From Candidatus Moranbacteria bacterium GW2011_GWA2_39_41 (GTDB taxonomy: Bacteria; Patescibacteriota; Minisyncoccia; Moranbacterales; UBA2206), in assembly GCA_000995125.1 (NCBI GenBank), contig LBXA01000001.1, forward strand, positions 15,511 to 79,510: a stretch of DNA of 64,000 nt, in the 5' to 3' direction. Of the stretch, positions 1 through 9,339 are shown one piece after another (position 1 is the stretch's first letter; the number at the start of each line of letters is the position of its first letter). The notes below the pieces were generated by a model, which was not told where the DNA came from, made no database searches, and saw only the letters and a program-made list of their open reading frames with translations. Position numbers and translations under genes: made by a program.

Positions 1-33
1 TTTTAAAAAAATAATAATTGAAAGTATAATTTT

Positions 34-1362
34 ATGAAAAAACTACAGAAACAGGATCCGAAAATTTATAATGCAATCAAAAATGAAATAAAAAGACAAG
101 AGGAAGGCTTAGAGCTTATTCCTTCAGAAATTGCTGCATCAATTCCAGTGATGGAAGCATTGGGATCTGTTTTGACTAATAAATATAGCGAGGGTTATCC
201 ATATAAAAGATATTATGGAGGACAAGAAAATACGGATATTGTGGAAAGTATTGCGATTGAAAGAGCAAGAAAATTATTTGGCGTTCCGCATGTCAATGTA
301 CAACCATATTCCGGAAGCCCAGCTAATTTGGCGGTCTATGTTGCTGTCTGTAAACCAGGGGATACTGTGATGGGATTGAATCTTTTGGATGGCGGTCATT
401 TAACTCATGGCTGGAAAGCCAGTGCAACTAGTATGTTTTATAATACAATCCCATATCATGTAAAACCCGATGGCTATCTTGATTTGGAAGAAATTGAAAG
501 ACTGGCTTTGAAACACAAGCCAAAATTGATTTGGGTTGGCGCCACAGCATATGCTAGGGAATTTCCTTTTGAAAAAATGGCTAAAATAGCTGACAAAGTT
601 GGTGCTTATCTGGCCGCAGACATTGCTCATGTCGCTGGATTAGTGATAGCCGGAGTACATAAGAGTCCTGCAAAATATGCGCATATTATTACAACAACGA
701 CTCACAAAACACTTCGCGGACCAAGAGGCGGAATGATAATGGTTACTGCTAAGGGATTGAAAAAAGATCCAGAATTGGCGCAAAAAATTGATCGTGCCAT
801 TTTTCCTAATCTTCAAGGCGGTCCGCATAATCACCAGACAGCCGCAATCGCAGTAGCCTTGGGTGAGGCGATGAAACCTTCGTTTAAAAAATATGGACAG
901 CAAGTTGTTAAAAATGCCAAAGCTTTAGCTACTGAGTTAATGAAATTGGGAATAAAATTAGTAAGTAATGGTACAGATAATCATTTAATGCTTATTGATT
1001 GTGGTAAGGGTAGGGGGGTGCTTTTGCAAGATGCAATGGGCATGGCAGGAATGACAGTTAATAAAAATACTATACCGTTAGACCCTTCGACTCCTTTTTA
1101 TCCAAGCGGAGTTAGACTGGGAACCCCATCGCTTACCGTGCGAGGTATAAAAGAGCGAGAGATGAAAAAAATAGCTGGATGGATTGCGGAAGTAATGGAA
1201 GAAATCAAAGCCTTTGAATTTCCAGAAAACAAAGAAGAAAGAATAGAAGCTTTGAAAAAATTTAAAGCATATATTGGAAAAAATAAAAAATTAAAAAGCA
1301 TAAAAAGTGAAATTAAAAATATGTGCAAAAAATTTCCATTGTATAAAGATTTAAATTGGTAA
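34..1362 (+). CDS. glyA: Serine hydroxymethyltransferase, with an unusual lysine-rich C-terminal tail
   Basis: Shows the SHMT hallmarks YSEGYPYKRYYGG, the TTTTHKTLRGPRGG PLP-lysine region and VQPYSGSPANLAVY. The 442-aa length includes a roughly 35-aa K-rich tail. Confidence 0.9.
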   Translation: MKKLQKQDPKIYNAIKNEIKRQEEGLELIPSEIAASIPVMEALGSVLTNKYSEGYPYKRYYGGQENTDIVESIAIERARKLFGVPHVNVQPYSGSPANLAVYVAVCKPGDTVMGLNLLDGGHLTHGWKASATSMFYNTIPYHVKPDGYLDLEEIERLALKHKPKLIWVGATAYAREFPFEKMAKIADKVGAYLAADIAHVAGLVIAGVHKSPAKYAHIITTTTHKTLRGPRGGMIMVTAKGLKKDPELAQKIDRAIFPNLQGGPHNHQTAAIAVALGEAMKPSFKKYGQQVVKNAKALATELMKLGIKLVSNGTDNHLMLIDCGKGRGVLLQDAMGMAGMTVNKNTIPLDPSTPFYPSGVRLGTPSLTVRGIKEREMKKIAGWIAEVMEEIKAFEFPENKEERIEALKKFKAYIGKNKKLKSIKSEIKNMCKKFPLYKDLNW

Positions 1363-1437
1363 ATAAGGCACTGAAATAAATTCACAAAGAAGTAATTGTG
1401 TTGTGCAAAAAATTTCCGTTGTATAAAAATTTGAAAT
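1321..1437. repeat. Direct repeat of about 36 bp: the glyA 3' end (1321-1357) is duplicated at 1401-1437
   Basis: Both copies read tgtgcaaaaaatttcc[a/g]ttgtataaa[g/a]attt[a/g]aaat, about 80 bp apart. Confidence 0.8.
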
Positions 1438-1461
1438 AATAATAAAATTCTTTTAAAAAAT

Positions 1462-2259
1462 ATGAAAGGAATCATATTGTCTGGTGGAACAGCTACTCGA
1501 CTTTTTCCATTAACCGCCACAACAAGCAAGCAACTTTTGCCGGTGTATAATCGACAGATGATTTTTTATCCCTTGAACACTTTGATCAAAGCGGGAATAA
1601 AAGATATTTTGATAATTGTGTCACCAGAGCACAGTGGGCAATATTTGAATCTTTTGGGATCAATATTCAAAAAATATGGTGTTAATTTATATTTCGAAGT
1701 GCAAAAACTCCCACGTGGATTGGCTGAAGCTTTCATTCTTGGAGAATCTTTTATTGACAAGGATGATGTGACGATGGTTCTGGGAGATAATATTTTTGAA
1801 GATGATTTTTCTCAGGAGATTAAAAACTTCAAATCAGGCGGACATGTTTTCGCCAAGAAAGTTTCTGATCCAGAAAGATTTGGTGTGGTGAAGTTTGATG
1901 AGAATAACAAAGCGATTGAAGTGGTGGAGAAGCCAGTTGACTGGCTTAGTGACTATGCAGTGACTGGACTATATATTTATGATAATCGTGTGGTGGAGGT
2001 GGCTAAAAATGCCGTGCCGTCAGAACGTGGAGAGATTGAAATAACCTCATTGCAGAATTTCTATCTGCAGAAAGGTGAATTGCAAGTTAGCATTGTTGAA
2101 GGTGAGTGGCTGGATGCGGGAACATTCGATTCATTGCTAGAAGCTGGTAATATTGTGAAGAATAAAAAGATATACAAAAAATTTGATCCAATCATTGATC
2201 GGGCTATTGAAGAATTCAATGCAGAACTGAAAGCTTTGGCCAAGAAAAGATTAGGCTAA
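1462..2259 (+). CDS. Sugar-1-phosphate nucleotidyltransferase, glucose-1-phosphate thymidylyltransferase-like (RmlA/RfbA family, short form)
   Basis: N-terminus MKGIILSGGTATRLFPLT...SKQLLPVYNRQMIFYPL matches the RmlA G-rich NTP-binding loop and core. Confidence 0.75.
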   Translation: MKGIILSGGTATRLFPLTATTSKQLLPVYNRQMIFYPLNTLIKAGIKDILIIVSPEHSGQYLNLLGSIFKKYGVNLYFEVQKLPRGLAEAFILGESFIDKDDVTMVLGDNIFEDDFSQEIKNFKSGGHVFAKKVSDPERFGVVKFDENNKAIEVVEKPVDWLSDYAVTGLYIYDNRVVEVAKNAVPSERGEIEITSLQNFYLQKGELQVSIVEGEWLDAGTFDSLLEAGNIVKNKKIYKKFDPIIDRAIEEFNAELKALAKKRLG

Positions 2260-2298
2260 AAAATAAAAAGAAAATTTTATTTTTAAATTTATCAAAAT

Positions 2299-3156
2299 AT
2301 GAAAATCAAAAAAGCGGTTATTGCAGTTGCGGGATCTGGCACCAGACTTTTGCCAGCAACAAAGGCTATGCCTAAAGAAATGTTGCCAATTGTCGACAAG
2401 CCAATTATTCAGTTGGTGGTGGAAGAGCTGGTTGAGGCTGGAATTGAGGACATTATCTTTGTGACTCGTTGGGACAAAAAGCCATTGGAGGATCATTTTG
2501 ATCACAGCGTGGCTTTGGAAGACGATTTAATAAAAAATGGCAAAACTGCAGCGGCTGAAAAGATTTCCAAAATTGCCGAAATGGCCAACTTTGTGCATGT
2601 ACGACAAAAAGGACCGTACGGCAATGGAACTCCAATTTTGTCAGCGGCGAGTCTTGTTGATGACGAACCTTTTATTTTTTGTTTTGGAGATGACCTTGTG
2701 AAATCAGAAGTTTCTTTTACCAAGCAAATGGTGGATGATTATGAAAAGAATGGCAATTTGATTTTGGGCGTACAGGAGGTGAAACAAGAAGATGTTGTTA
2801 GATACGGAATAGTTAAATTGAAAGAAGGCACCAATCAGATGGAAGATATCATTGAAAAGCCTTTGATTGAAGATGCTCCTTCTCGCTTGGCTGGCTTTGG
2901 AAGATATATTTTGAATCAAGAAATAATTGATATTTTGCGAACCACTAGTTTGGGCAAAGGCAATGAACTTTGGATTACGGATGCGATCAAGGAATATATT
3001 AAGAGGGGTGGCGTAATGGTGGCCAAGGAAATTAAGGATGGACAATGGTTGACCACTGGTGACCCTGCCAATTATTTGAAAACTATCTTGGCCTATGCTT
3101 CGGATAGAGATGATTTGAAGGATACTCTGGCTGAATTTATTCAATCTCAAAAGTAG
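2299..3156 (+). CDS. galU: UTP--glucose-1-phosphate uridylyltransferase
   Basis: KAVIAVAGSGTRLLPATKAMPKEMLPIVDKPIIQ is the GalU signature; the protein is 285 aa. Confidence 0.8.
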   Translation: MKIKKAVIAVAGSGTRLLPATKAMPKEMLPIVDKPIIQLVVEELVEAGIEDIIFVTRWDKKPLEDHFDHSVALEDDLIKNGKTAAAEKISKIAEMANFVHVRQKGPYGNGTPILSAASLVDDEPFIFCFGDDLVKSEVSFTKQMVDDYEKNGNLILGVQEVKQEDVVRYGIVKLKEGTNQMEDIIEKPLIEDAPSRLAGFGRYILNQEIIDILRTTSLGKGNELWITDAIKEYIKRGGVMVAKEIKDGQWLTTGDPANYLKTILAYASDRDDLKDTLAEFIQSQK

Positions 3157-3157
3157 A

Positions 3158-4276
3158 ATGAAAATTGCAATTTCTGTTGCTGATCTTGATCAATCGCGCG
3201 TTGACGGAACTCGCGTCTATATTCTCAATTTGCTGAAACATTTCGGCCAATTAGATTTTGACAGCGAGTTTTTGTTATATCATAAAAATGATTTCAACCC
3301 AGAGTTGACTCCGCCAAATTTTCTCAATTACAAAATCATTCAAAAATCTTTTCCATTTTTGTGGACACAGATTCGCTTGGCAATGGAGTTGTGGAAAGAC
3401 GTGCCAGATGTTTTGTGGATGCCGATGGCAGCCTTGCCGTTGGTGCGTCGCAAGAACTTGAAAACGGTTATCACGATTCATGATTTGGCTTTCAAACATT
3501 TTCCGCAATATTTCACCAAGAAAGATTTGCGCAAGCTGAATTTTTTTGCCGACTATTCCGTTAGAAATGCCAGCAAGATTATTGCGGTTTCACAATCAAC
3601 CAAGCAAGACATTTTGAAATTTTATCCAGAAGTTAAAGAGGACAAAATTAAAGTCATTTATCATGGCTTCACTGATGGAGTTTTTTCGCAGGCGCGTGAT
3701 TTGACGCAAGAAGAAAAGGTGAAAAATGAGCTGGGAATTGTAGGGGATTATATCTTGTATTCCGGTGCTCTGCAGCCAAGAAAAAACATTGAAAGACTAA
3801 TTGAAGCCTTTGATGCCTACAAGACTCGCTCAAAATCGGCCGTCAAGCTGGTTTTGGCAGGAGAAAAGGCTTGGTTGTGCGAAAATATTGAGAAAAAGGC
3901 CAAACGAAGCCTATATAGTGCAGACATTGTGATGCCCGGTAGGCTCAGATTCTGCGATATAGGACACTTGTTCCGTGGGGCAGCTCTCTTTGCCCATCCT
4001 TCATTGTATGAAGGTTTTGGCATCACAGTTTTGGAAGCATATGCTGCGGGTGTGCCACTTTTGACGGCGGACAATTCCTCTTTGCGAGAGGCGGGTGGTG
4101 AGGCGGCATTGTATTTTGATGCTTATGATGTTTGCGAGATGAGCGCGCAAATGGAGCGACTTTTGACGGATGAAAAATTGCGCACTGAATTGATTGCCAA
4201 AGGAAAAGAGCAATTGCAAAAATTCTCGTGGGAAAAATGCGCCAAGGAGACGTTGGGATATATTAAGACCTCGTAG
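3158..4276 (+). CDS. Glycosyltransferase family 4 (GT-B fold)
   Basis: C-terminal GT4 motif EGFGITVLEAYAAGVPLLTADNSSLREAGGEAALYF. Confidence 0.8.
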   Translation: MKIAISVADLDQSRVDGTRVYILNLLKHFGQLDFDSEFLLYHKNDFNPELTPPNFLNYKIIQKSFPFLWTQIRLAMELWKDVPDVLWMPMAALPLVRRKNLKTVITIHDLAFKHFPQYFTKKDLRKLNFFADYSVRNASKIIAVSQSTKQDILKFYPEVKEDKIKVIYHGFTDGVFSQARDLTQEEKVKNELGIVGDYILYSGALQPRKNIERLIEAFDAYKTRSKSAVKLVLAGEKAWLCENIEKKAKRSLYSADIVMPGRLRFCDIGHLFRGAALFAHPSLYEGFGITVLEAYAAGVPLLTADNSSLREAGGEAALYFDAYDVCEMSAQMERLLTDEKLRTELIAKGKEQLQKFSWEKCAKETLGYIKTS

Positions 4277-4306
4277 AAACGAGGCACTGCCTCGTTTCTA
4301 CATGAC
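4272..4306. terminator. Perfect 13-bp stem-loop (gtagaaacgaggc-act-gcctcgtttctac) between convergent genes
   Basis: The inverted repeat is visible in the sequence and overlaps the GT4 stop codon. No T-tract follows, so it may serve as a bidirectional attenuator. Confidence 0.45.
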
Positions 4307-4314
4307 TGGCTAGA

Positions 4315-4716
4315 TTAGTCTTCCTGAAAAACCCTAATCAAAAAATAACTGGTCACAAAGAGTGTGATTAGAATAAAAATATTCAAAAAAATATTGAGCT
4401 TGAGCAGACTATTGAAAAGTAAGAGTGCACAGATGATAAGTAGGGACGCGATTAATCGCGTCTCTACTATTTTTTTGTTGCTGGCTTTTTCTGGTACTTT
4501 GATGACTTTACCAATGCCGGTGATGGCTAGAACATTCAAAAGAATCATGATGACAATTTTGTAGAGTCCGATGTGCGTGGAAACAACTCCAGGCAAAGCA
4601 CCTTCGGCTAAAAGTGTGAGCATGAAAAATGTCAGCAAAACCAAGAGGCTGTCGTTGAGTAATTTATACAGAATAATTGTTTTAGGTCCGGCACTGAATT
4701 TAATTTGTGGGAACAT
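4315..4716 (-). CDS. Small four-TM membrane protein, GtrA-like
   Basis: 133 aa with four predicted hydrophobic helices. Its size and topology resemble GtrA-family polysaccharide-synthesis proteins. Confidence 0.4.
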   Translation of the reverse strand: MFPQIKFSAGPKTIILYKLLNDSLLVLLTFFMLTLLAEGALPGVVSTHIGLYKIVIMILLNVLAITGIGKVIKVPEKASNKKIVETRLIASLLIICALLLFNSLLKLNIFLNIFILITLFVTSYFLIRVFQED

Positions 4717-6034
4717 AATTGTTTTTTACCCGATTAGACATTCTACTTAGAGTTAAGAATAAATTATCTTGATTGACGTCTTTTTTGAACTCAATGTTGA
4801 TGGTGTCGACCTGAATGGCAGAACTTGATTTGGCATAAAATTCATAATCACTGCCGAGCAAATTTTGCATGTTGGCGATTGGAATTTCACATGAATATGA
4901 ATTGTCACTAAGCGCATCTTTTTTGAATGAGCATGAATTTGTTAGACTGAGACTATCTCGTGAAACCAGAATCGGATTTTTTTTGAGCCAGGAAGCCACA
5001 ACATTGGCTGAAGGCAATAGTCTTTTTTTGCCATCTTGAATCAAATAATGATTGCCACTTTCACTGGTTTTGAAAATCGTACCATTGGAATGTATGCTGG
5101 CTATGGTGAAATTTTTCTCTTTTGTATAAAGCGCTATTTCTTCCGGAGTGACCGGGATAACATCTTTCCAAACATAGCCTTTGCTAAGAAAGGTTTCTGG
5201 ACTATCGACAGGCAGGATATTTTGACCACTGGTGATATAAATTGTGTCACCATAAGACAGAATTGAGCCATCAGCGAAACCAATTAGATTATTAGAAGGT
5301 TTGAAGGTTGATAGAAAGCTGATATCTTTTATGATGGCTTGATTTGAGTCATATTGACTGAGGAAGGCGTTGGCGCTGATAAATTTTTGCAAGTGCTCGC
5401 TTTGCAATAAATAGTATTCATCGTTAACTCTAAAAAAAGTTTTATTGGGATATTGCGCTTTGGTTATGGAATCACCTTTTTTATTATAATTGATTTCAAT
5501 TGGTGCGACCTCTCGAAAAGCTTCCGGCGCATAACCCAGTTCGGTCACTAAATTCGGCTTAGCGAATTTATGCATTTTTCCATTAAAAACTATATAATAG
5601 CTTCCTTCACTTTTGAGAAGCGAGCCATCCTTGAAGCCCATAATCGGACCATCCAGATAGAGGAAAGCTTGATATGATTTTCTAACAATGATTGATCCGG
5701 ATTGAAGTGGGGCAGATTTTTTGTCTAACGAAAAAGTCACAACTGCCTTGGAAAAAAAATCAAACACGGAAGCATTGAAATTCAAGGTTGCGTTGGCGGC
5801 CAATAGACCTTTTTCTGGTAAAAGCTTGGTATAGTCGCGCACATCATAGATGTTGTTACTCTTAGCTAAAGGCTTGTTGAAATCAAAACCGAAATAGGAA
5901 GTGGGGAAGAGGATGCGGATGGCAAAAAAGACCGCCAAAGAAATAGTGGATAAATAAAAAATAACCTGCAAAATGCGGTAGATGATTGAATTTTTTTTAT
6001 CGAGTTTAATGTGAGCGGTTAGGTCTAGAGTCAT
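4700..6034 (-). CDS. Hypothetical N-terminally membrane-anchored extracytoplasmic protein
   Basis: 444 aa. One N-terminal TM helix (IIYRILQVIFYLSTISLAVFFAI) is followed by a large hydrophilic domain. No motif was recognised. Confidence 0.5.
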   Translation of the reverse strand: MTLDLTAHIKLDKKNSIIYRILQVIFYLSTISLAVFFAIRILFPTSYFGFDFNKPLAKSNNIYDVRDYTKLLPEKGLLAANATLNFNASVFDFFSKAVVTFSLDKKSAPLQSGSIIVRKSYQAFLYLDGPIMGFKDGSLLKSEGSYYIVFNGKMHKFAKPNLVTELGYAPEAFREVAPIEINYNKKGDSITKAQYPNKTFFRVNDEYYLLQSEHLQKFISANAFLSQYDSNQAIIKDISFLSTFKPSNNLIGFADGSILSYGDTIYITSGQNILPVDSPETFLSKGYVWKDVIPVTPEEIALYTKEKNFTIASIHSNGTIFKTSESGNHYLIQDGKKRLLPSANVVASWLKKNPILVSRDSLSLTNSCSFKKDALSDNSYSCEIPIANMQNLLGSDYEFYAKSSSAIQVDTINIEFKKDVNQDNLFLTLSRMSNRVKNNYVPTN

Positions 6035-6120
6035 ATTATTAGTTTGTAAAGTTCTTAAAGTTAAAAGTTCGTAAAGTGTTGATTTTAAAAACCTTATAAA
6101 CTTGATGAACTTTTTAACTT
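6035..6120. repeat. Left copy of a roughly 75-bp inverted repeat; its partner is at 9262-9339
   Basis: The reverse complement of 9262-9339 aligns with this segment at about 88% identity (gttaaaagttYgtaaagtgtYgaYtttaaaaacYtt..aaacttgatgaac). GTAAAGTT-like sub-repeats are present. Confidence 0.75.
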
Positions 6121-7962
6121 CTAGTTTTTTAATAGATAAATTTTACCATAAATTGTAATATCTTGCATGGTTGGCAATTCAATTGGTGCGTCAAACATTT
6201 CTTGTTTTTCACCAGTTTTGATAGCGAGAACAGAATTGTTGATTGTATAGTCTTGCACAGGCATCAATTTCGGAAAGATATTGCTCTGGCGGTAGAAATC
6301 CAGTTTGTTATCAGGAATGATGAAATAGATGTTGCTAAATTTGCTATGATCAATTTTTTCTAAATCAGTCGGATTGAAAAAATAAACAGCTTGTTTGTTG
6401 AATAGAAAATTAAGCGGTCCAGTCATCATAGACCAGCCATCGCCAGTAGCATCGCGATCAACCAAAATCAAATCAGAATCGATGAAGTTGGCAGAGATTT
6501 TTTCAATTTGAGGCAAGAGGTTTTTGTCAGGTGAGATTGTCAGAAAGGGCACGAAAACCATGAGGCTGGTGGCAATGAGCAAGGCTATGACAAAATAGAA
6601 ATAAGCTCTTTTTTTGAAAAAGTAATCGAAAAACCAAACGGCATAGAGAATACTGACGGGAATGATGGAGAAAACGAAGCGACGCAACATCCAGGGATGA
6701 TCAGCTGAAATGCTGGGATGGATAATGTAGACAAATGTCGGCAGAATGATGAGAAATGGCACCAAAATTTCAAATTTTTTGCAGCGCCACAAATAAACAA
6801 AGCCAGTTAGCCCAAACAAAATAAAATTGAAAAGCGCATAGGCCGAGAAAACTTTGAGTACATAAAATGTAGTGGCAAAAAATGGCACAGATTCTGCTGA
6901 CGAATAATCCTTAAGTCCAGAGCCAAGAGAAATGAAAGGACTCAAAATGCCCTTCAGCATGGAATAATAGGATGGACTGTCAATAGTTAAATTGAAAAAA
7001 TATAAAACTAAAAAACCGCCAACAATTAGGATAATTTTTTTGCCAATTACAGTAAACAATAGGTATTTCCAATCTTTATATTTAATAAGCAAAATAGCAG
7101 TGATGACGGCCAAAAATCCAAGCGCTTCCACGCGAATGAAAACCAATAGGGCAAAAGTGGTGAGAGATGACAAAAGATAGAAACGTGATTTGTTTTTGGT
7201 AAATAGCACAAATTCATAAATCCCAAACCAAGTCAGCATCATGGCTAGGTTTTCACTCAGAGTGAATTTGAAAAACCAAGCGAAAACGAAAGAGGTCAGA
7301 ATTAGCAAGGTGGCCATTATGGCAGATGACGCGCGCAGATAATAACGAGCGACTAAATAGAAAGAAAAAATGAAGATGGCAAAGGTGATACTATTGGCTA
7401 CAGCAAAACCATTAAGACCAATCAAGGAATAGAAAATTGCCAACCATGAGATGTAGCCCAATGGGAATTGAGTAGCAAGATTGCCTTGAGCAGTGTATTG
7501 AAAGCCTGGGAAATTCAAGGCAGGTCCAGCGTCATAGATTTTGAAAAATTCTTGTGAAGCAGTTGAGGCAAAAGACAAATGATGATTTTGGGCTAGGCGG
7601 ATGGCGGCTTCACTGAGGGAGCCTTGATCGCGTCCGGAAAAGATAGTTGGAGTGGCATAGAAAGAAAAAATAAAAACTGAAATTAAAGTCAAAATGAAAA
7701 TCAGAAAGAAACGGAAATTGATCTCAATTTTGGTTTTGTTGAAGTTGATTAGATATATTAGAAAGATTGAACCCAAAAGAATGTAGCTAACTAGGATAGC
7801 ATTATAAAAAATACCCAACAGTGATAGGGCTAAACCAAGCCATCCCATCCCAATCCAAAAAAGGACAAAAGCCGTGAATAGCTGAAATTTATCTAAATTT
7901 ACCTCAGGTATTTTGAATTTGATCATTAGTGTAATTATATAGCCAAAATACTCTTTTGCCAA
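6121..7962 (-). CDS. Large polytopic membrane protein, putative GT-C-type glycosyltransferase or polymerase
   Basis: 613 aa with more than 12 predicted TM helices and a C-terminal soluble domain. No catalytic motif was recognised confidently. Confidence 0.45.
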   Translation of the reverse strand: MAKEYFGYIITLMIKFKIPEVNLDKFQLFTAFVLFWIGMGWLGLALSLLGIFYNAILVSYILLGSIFLIYLINFNKTKIEINFRFFLIFILTLISVFIFSFYATPTIFSGRDQGSLSEAAIRLAQNHHLSFASTASQEFFKIYDAGPALNFPGFQYTAQGNLATQFPLGYISWLAIFYSLIGLNGFAVANSITFAIFIFSFYLVARYYLRASSAIMATLLILTSFVFAWFFKFTLSENLAMMLTWFGIYEFVLFTKNKSRFYLLSSLTTFALLVFIRVEALGFLAVITAILLIKYKDWKYLLFTVIGKKIILIVGGFLVLYFFNLTIDSPSYYSMLKGILSPFISLGSGLKDYSSAESVPFFATTFYVLKVFSAYALFNFILFGLTGFVYLWRCKKFEILVPFLIILPTFVYIIHPSISADHPWMLRRFVFSIIPVSILYAVWFFDYFFKKRAYFYFVIALLIATSLMVFVPFLTISPDKNLLPQIEKISANFIDSDLILVDRDATGDGWSMMTGPLNFLFNKQAVYFFNPTDLEKIDHSKFSNIYFIIPDNKLDFYRQSNIFPKLMPVQDYTINNSVLAIKTGEKQEMFDAPIELPTMQDITIYGKIYLLKN

Positions 7963-7984
7963 ACGATTATTTATGGGGTAAGAT

Positions 7985-8085
7985 AGGCATAAGACATGTT
8001 AACATTTTAGCACGTTAGCAATTTTTGAATTGCCCAAATGCTAGTTTGTTAATATGTTAAAATGTTAATATGCTAACGTGCTGAC
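7985..8085. promoter_or_regulatory. Repeat-rich divergent promoter or operator region
   Basis: Four TGTTAAnAT repeats are present. There is also a perfect 12-bp inverted repeat, AGCACGTTAGCA (8013-8024) / TGCTAACGTGCT (8068-8079), immediately upstream of the 8086 ATG. Confidence 0.35.
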
Positions 8086-9261
8086 ATGAAAATACTAGTT
8101 ATTGCCCCAACCCCATTTTTTGCTGACCGCGGAACCCACATTCGTATTCTGGAAGAGGCGCTGGCATTGGAAAGGTTGGGCAATCAGATTACAATTGCAA
8201 CCTATCATATTGGCCGGGACATTCCAGCTGAGATTGATACCAAGATTGATGTACGACGGATCCGTCGTTTGCTTTTTTGGTACAAAAAATTGGAAGCGGG
8301 ACCAGACTGGCAGAAAATCATTTTGGACTTGATGCTCATCAAAAAAGTTTTGTTTTTGGCGCGGACACAAAAGCCAGACGTGATTCATGGTCATTTGCAC
8401 GAAGGAGTTTTGATTGGCTGGATTGTGCAAAAATTGCTTTTTTGGCGCAACATCAAATTGGTGGCTGATTTTCATGGCAGTCTGACGGGCGAGATGGTTT
8501 CGCACGGTTATTTAAAAAAAGGTTTGAAATGGTTTTTTAGAAGCATTGAAAGATTTATTAATGGTTTGGGTGATTGGGCAATTGTCAGTTCTTGGGAGGG
8601 TTTGGAGCCAATTAAGTTGGCCAGAGGTGGGGAGGGTGCGGAAGTGATGTTAGATGGAACAAGTTTGGCCAGTTTCAATTTGAAACAAAGCAAAAGTGAA
8701 TTGCGCCGAGAAATGGAAATTTCTGAAGACAAATTTGTAGTCATCTATTCGGGCGGTTTGGTGCCTAACAAGGGCGTGGCGCATCTTTTTGCGTCTATCC
8801 AGCCAACGTTGGCGCAAAATCCCAATGTCTTTTTTATGATCGGTGGTTTTCCTGCTGATTATGCGAGTGATTTTGTGAAGAAAAATAATTTAGAAAAATT
8901 TGTCCGCGTGGTGAGTCCGTTGAGCTATTTTGATATGCCAAAATTCAATTGTGTGGGAGATGTGGCAATTGATCCCAAAGAAATTGAGACCAATCAAGCC
9001 AGTGGCAAGATGCTCAACTATATGTCCGCCGGTTTGCCAGTGGTGTGTTTTGATAAAGATAACAATCGTAAATATTTGGATGACGGTGGCTATTTTTGTG
9101 AATCTTCCGCTTCCGGCATTGTGAAAGGTATTTTGCATTTTGCGAGCCATCCTCAAGAAGCACGTGAGAAAGGCGAGAACAACAAAAAACGCGCGGTGGA
9201 TTTCAGTTGGGAGGCTTCAGCGGAAAAGATAAATGAGATTTATAAAAAGATAACAAGTTAA
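8086..9261 (+). CDS. Glycosyltransferase family 4
   Basis: GT-B architecture. The N-terminus MKILVIAPTPFFADRGTHIRILEEALAL and the C-terminal GGFP...nucleotide-binding half fit GT4. Confidence 0.75.
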   Translation: MKILVIAPTPFFADRGTHIRILEEALALERLGNQITIATYHIGRDIPAEIDTKIDVRRIRRLLFWYKKLEAGPDWQKIILDLMLIKKVLFLARTQKPDVIHGHLHEGVLIGWIVQKLLFWRNIKLVADFHGSLTGEMVSHGYLKKGLKWFFRSIERFINGLGDWAIVSSWEGLEPIKLARGGEGAEVMLDGTSLASFNLKQSKSELRREMEISEDKFVVIYSGGLVPNKGVAHLFASIQPTLAQNPNVFFMIGGFPADYASDFVKKNNLEKFVRVVSPLSYFDMPKFNCVGDVAIDPKEIETNQASGKMLNYMSAGLPVVCFDKDNNRKYLDDGGYFCESSASGIVKGILHFASHPQEAREKGENNKKRAVDFSWEASAEKINEIYKKITS

Positions 9262-9339
9262 AGGTTCATCAAGTTTTTAAAGTTTTTAAAGTCGACACTT
9301 TACAAACTTTTAACTTTACGAACCTTAAGAACTAATACC
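9262..9339. repeat. Right copy of the roughly 75-bp inverted repeat, reverse complement of 6035-6120
   Basis: The alignment is described under the left copy. The repeat abuts stop codon 9261 and start codon 9340. Confidence 0.75.

Noticed and set aside
400-1529. Antisense ORFs inside glyA (400-630, 640-903, 1098-1529 on the minus strand) and the many similar 60-150-aa ORFs overlapping other well-supported genes, for example 18028-18378, 22044-22394 and 39279-39740
   Set aside because: They lie entirely within, and antisense or out-of-frame to, confidently identified conserved genes. They have low-complexity composition typical of chance ORFs in AT-rich DNA.
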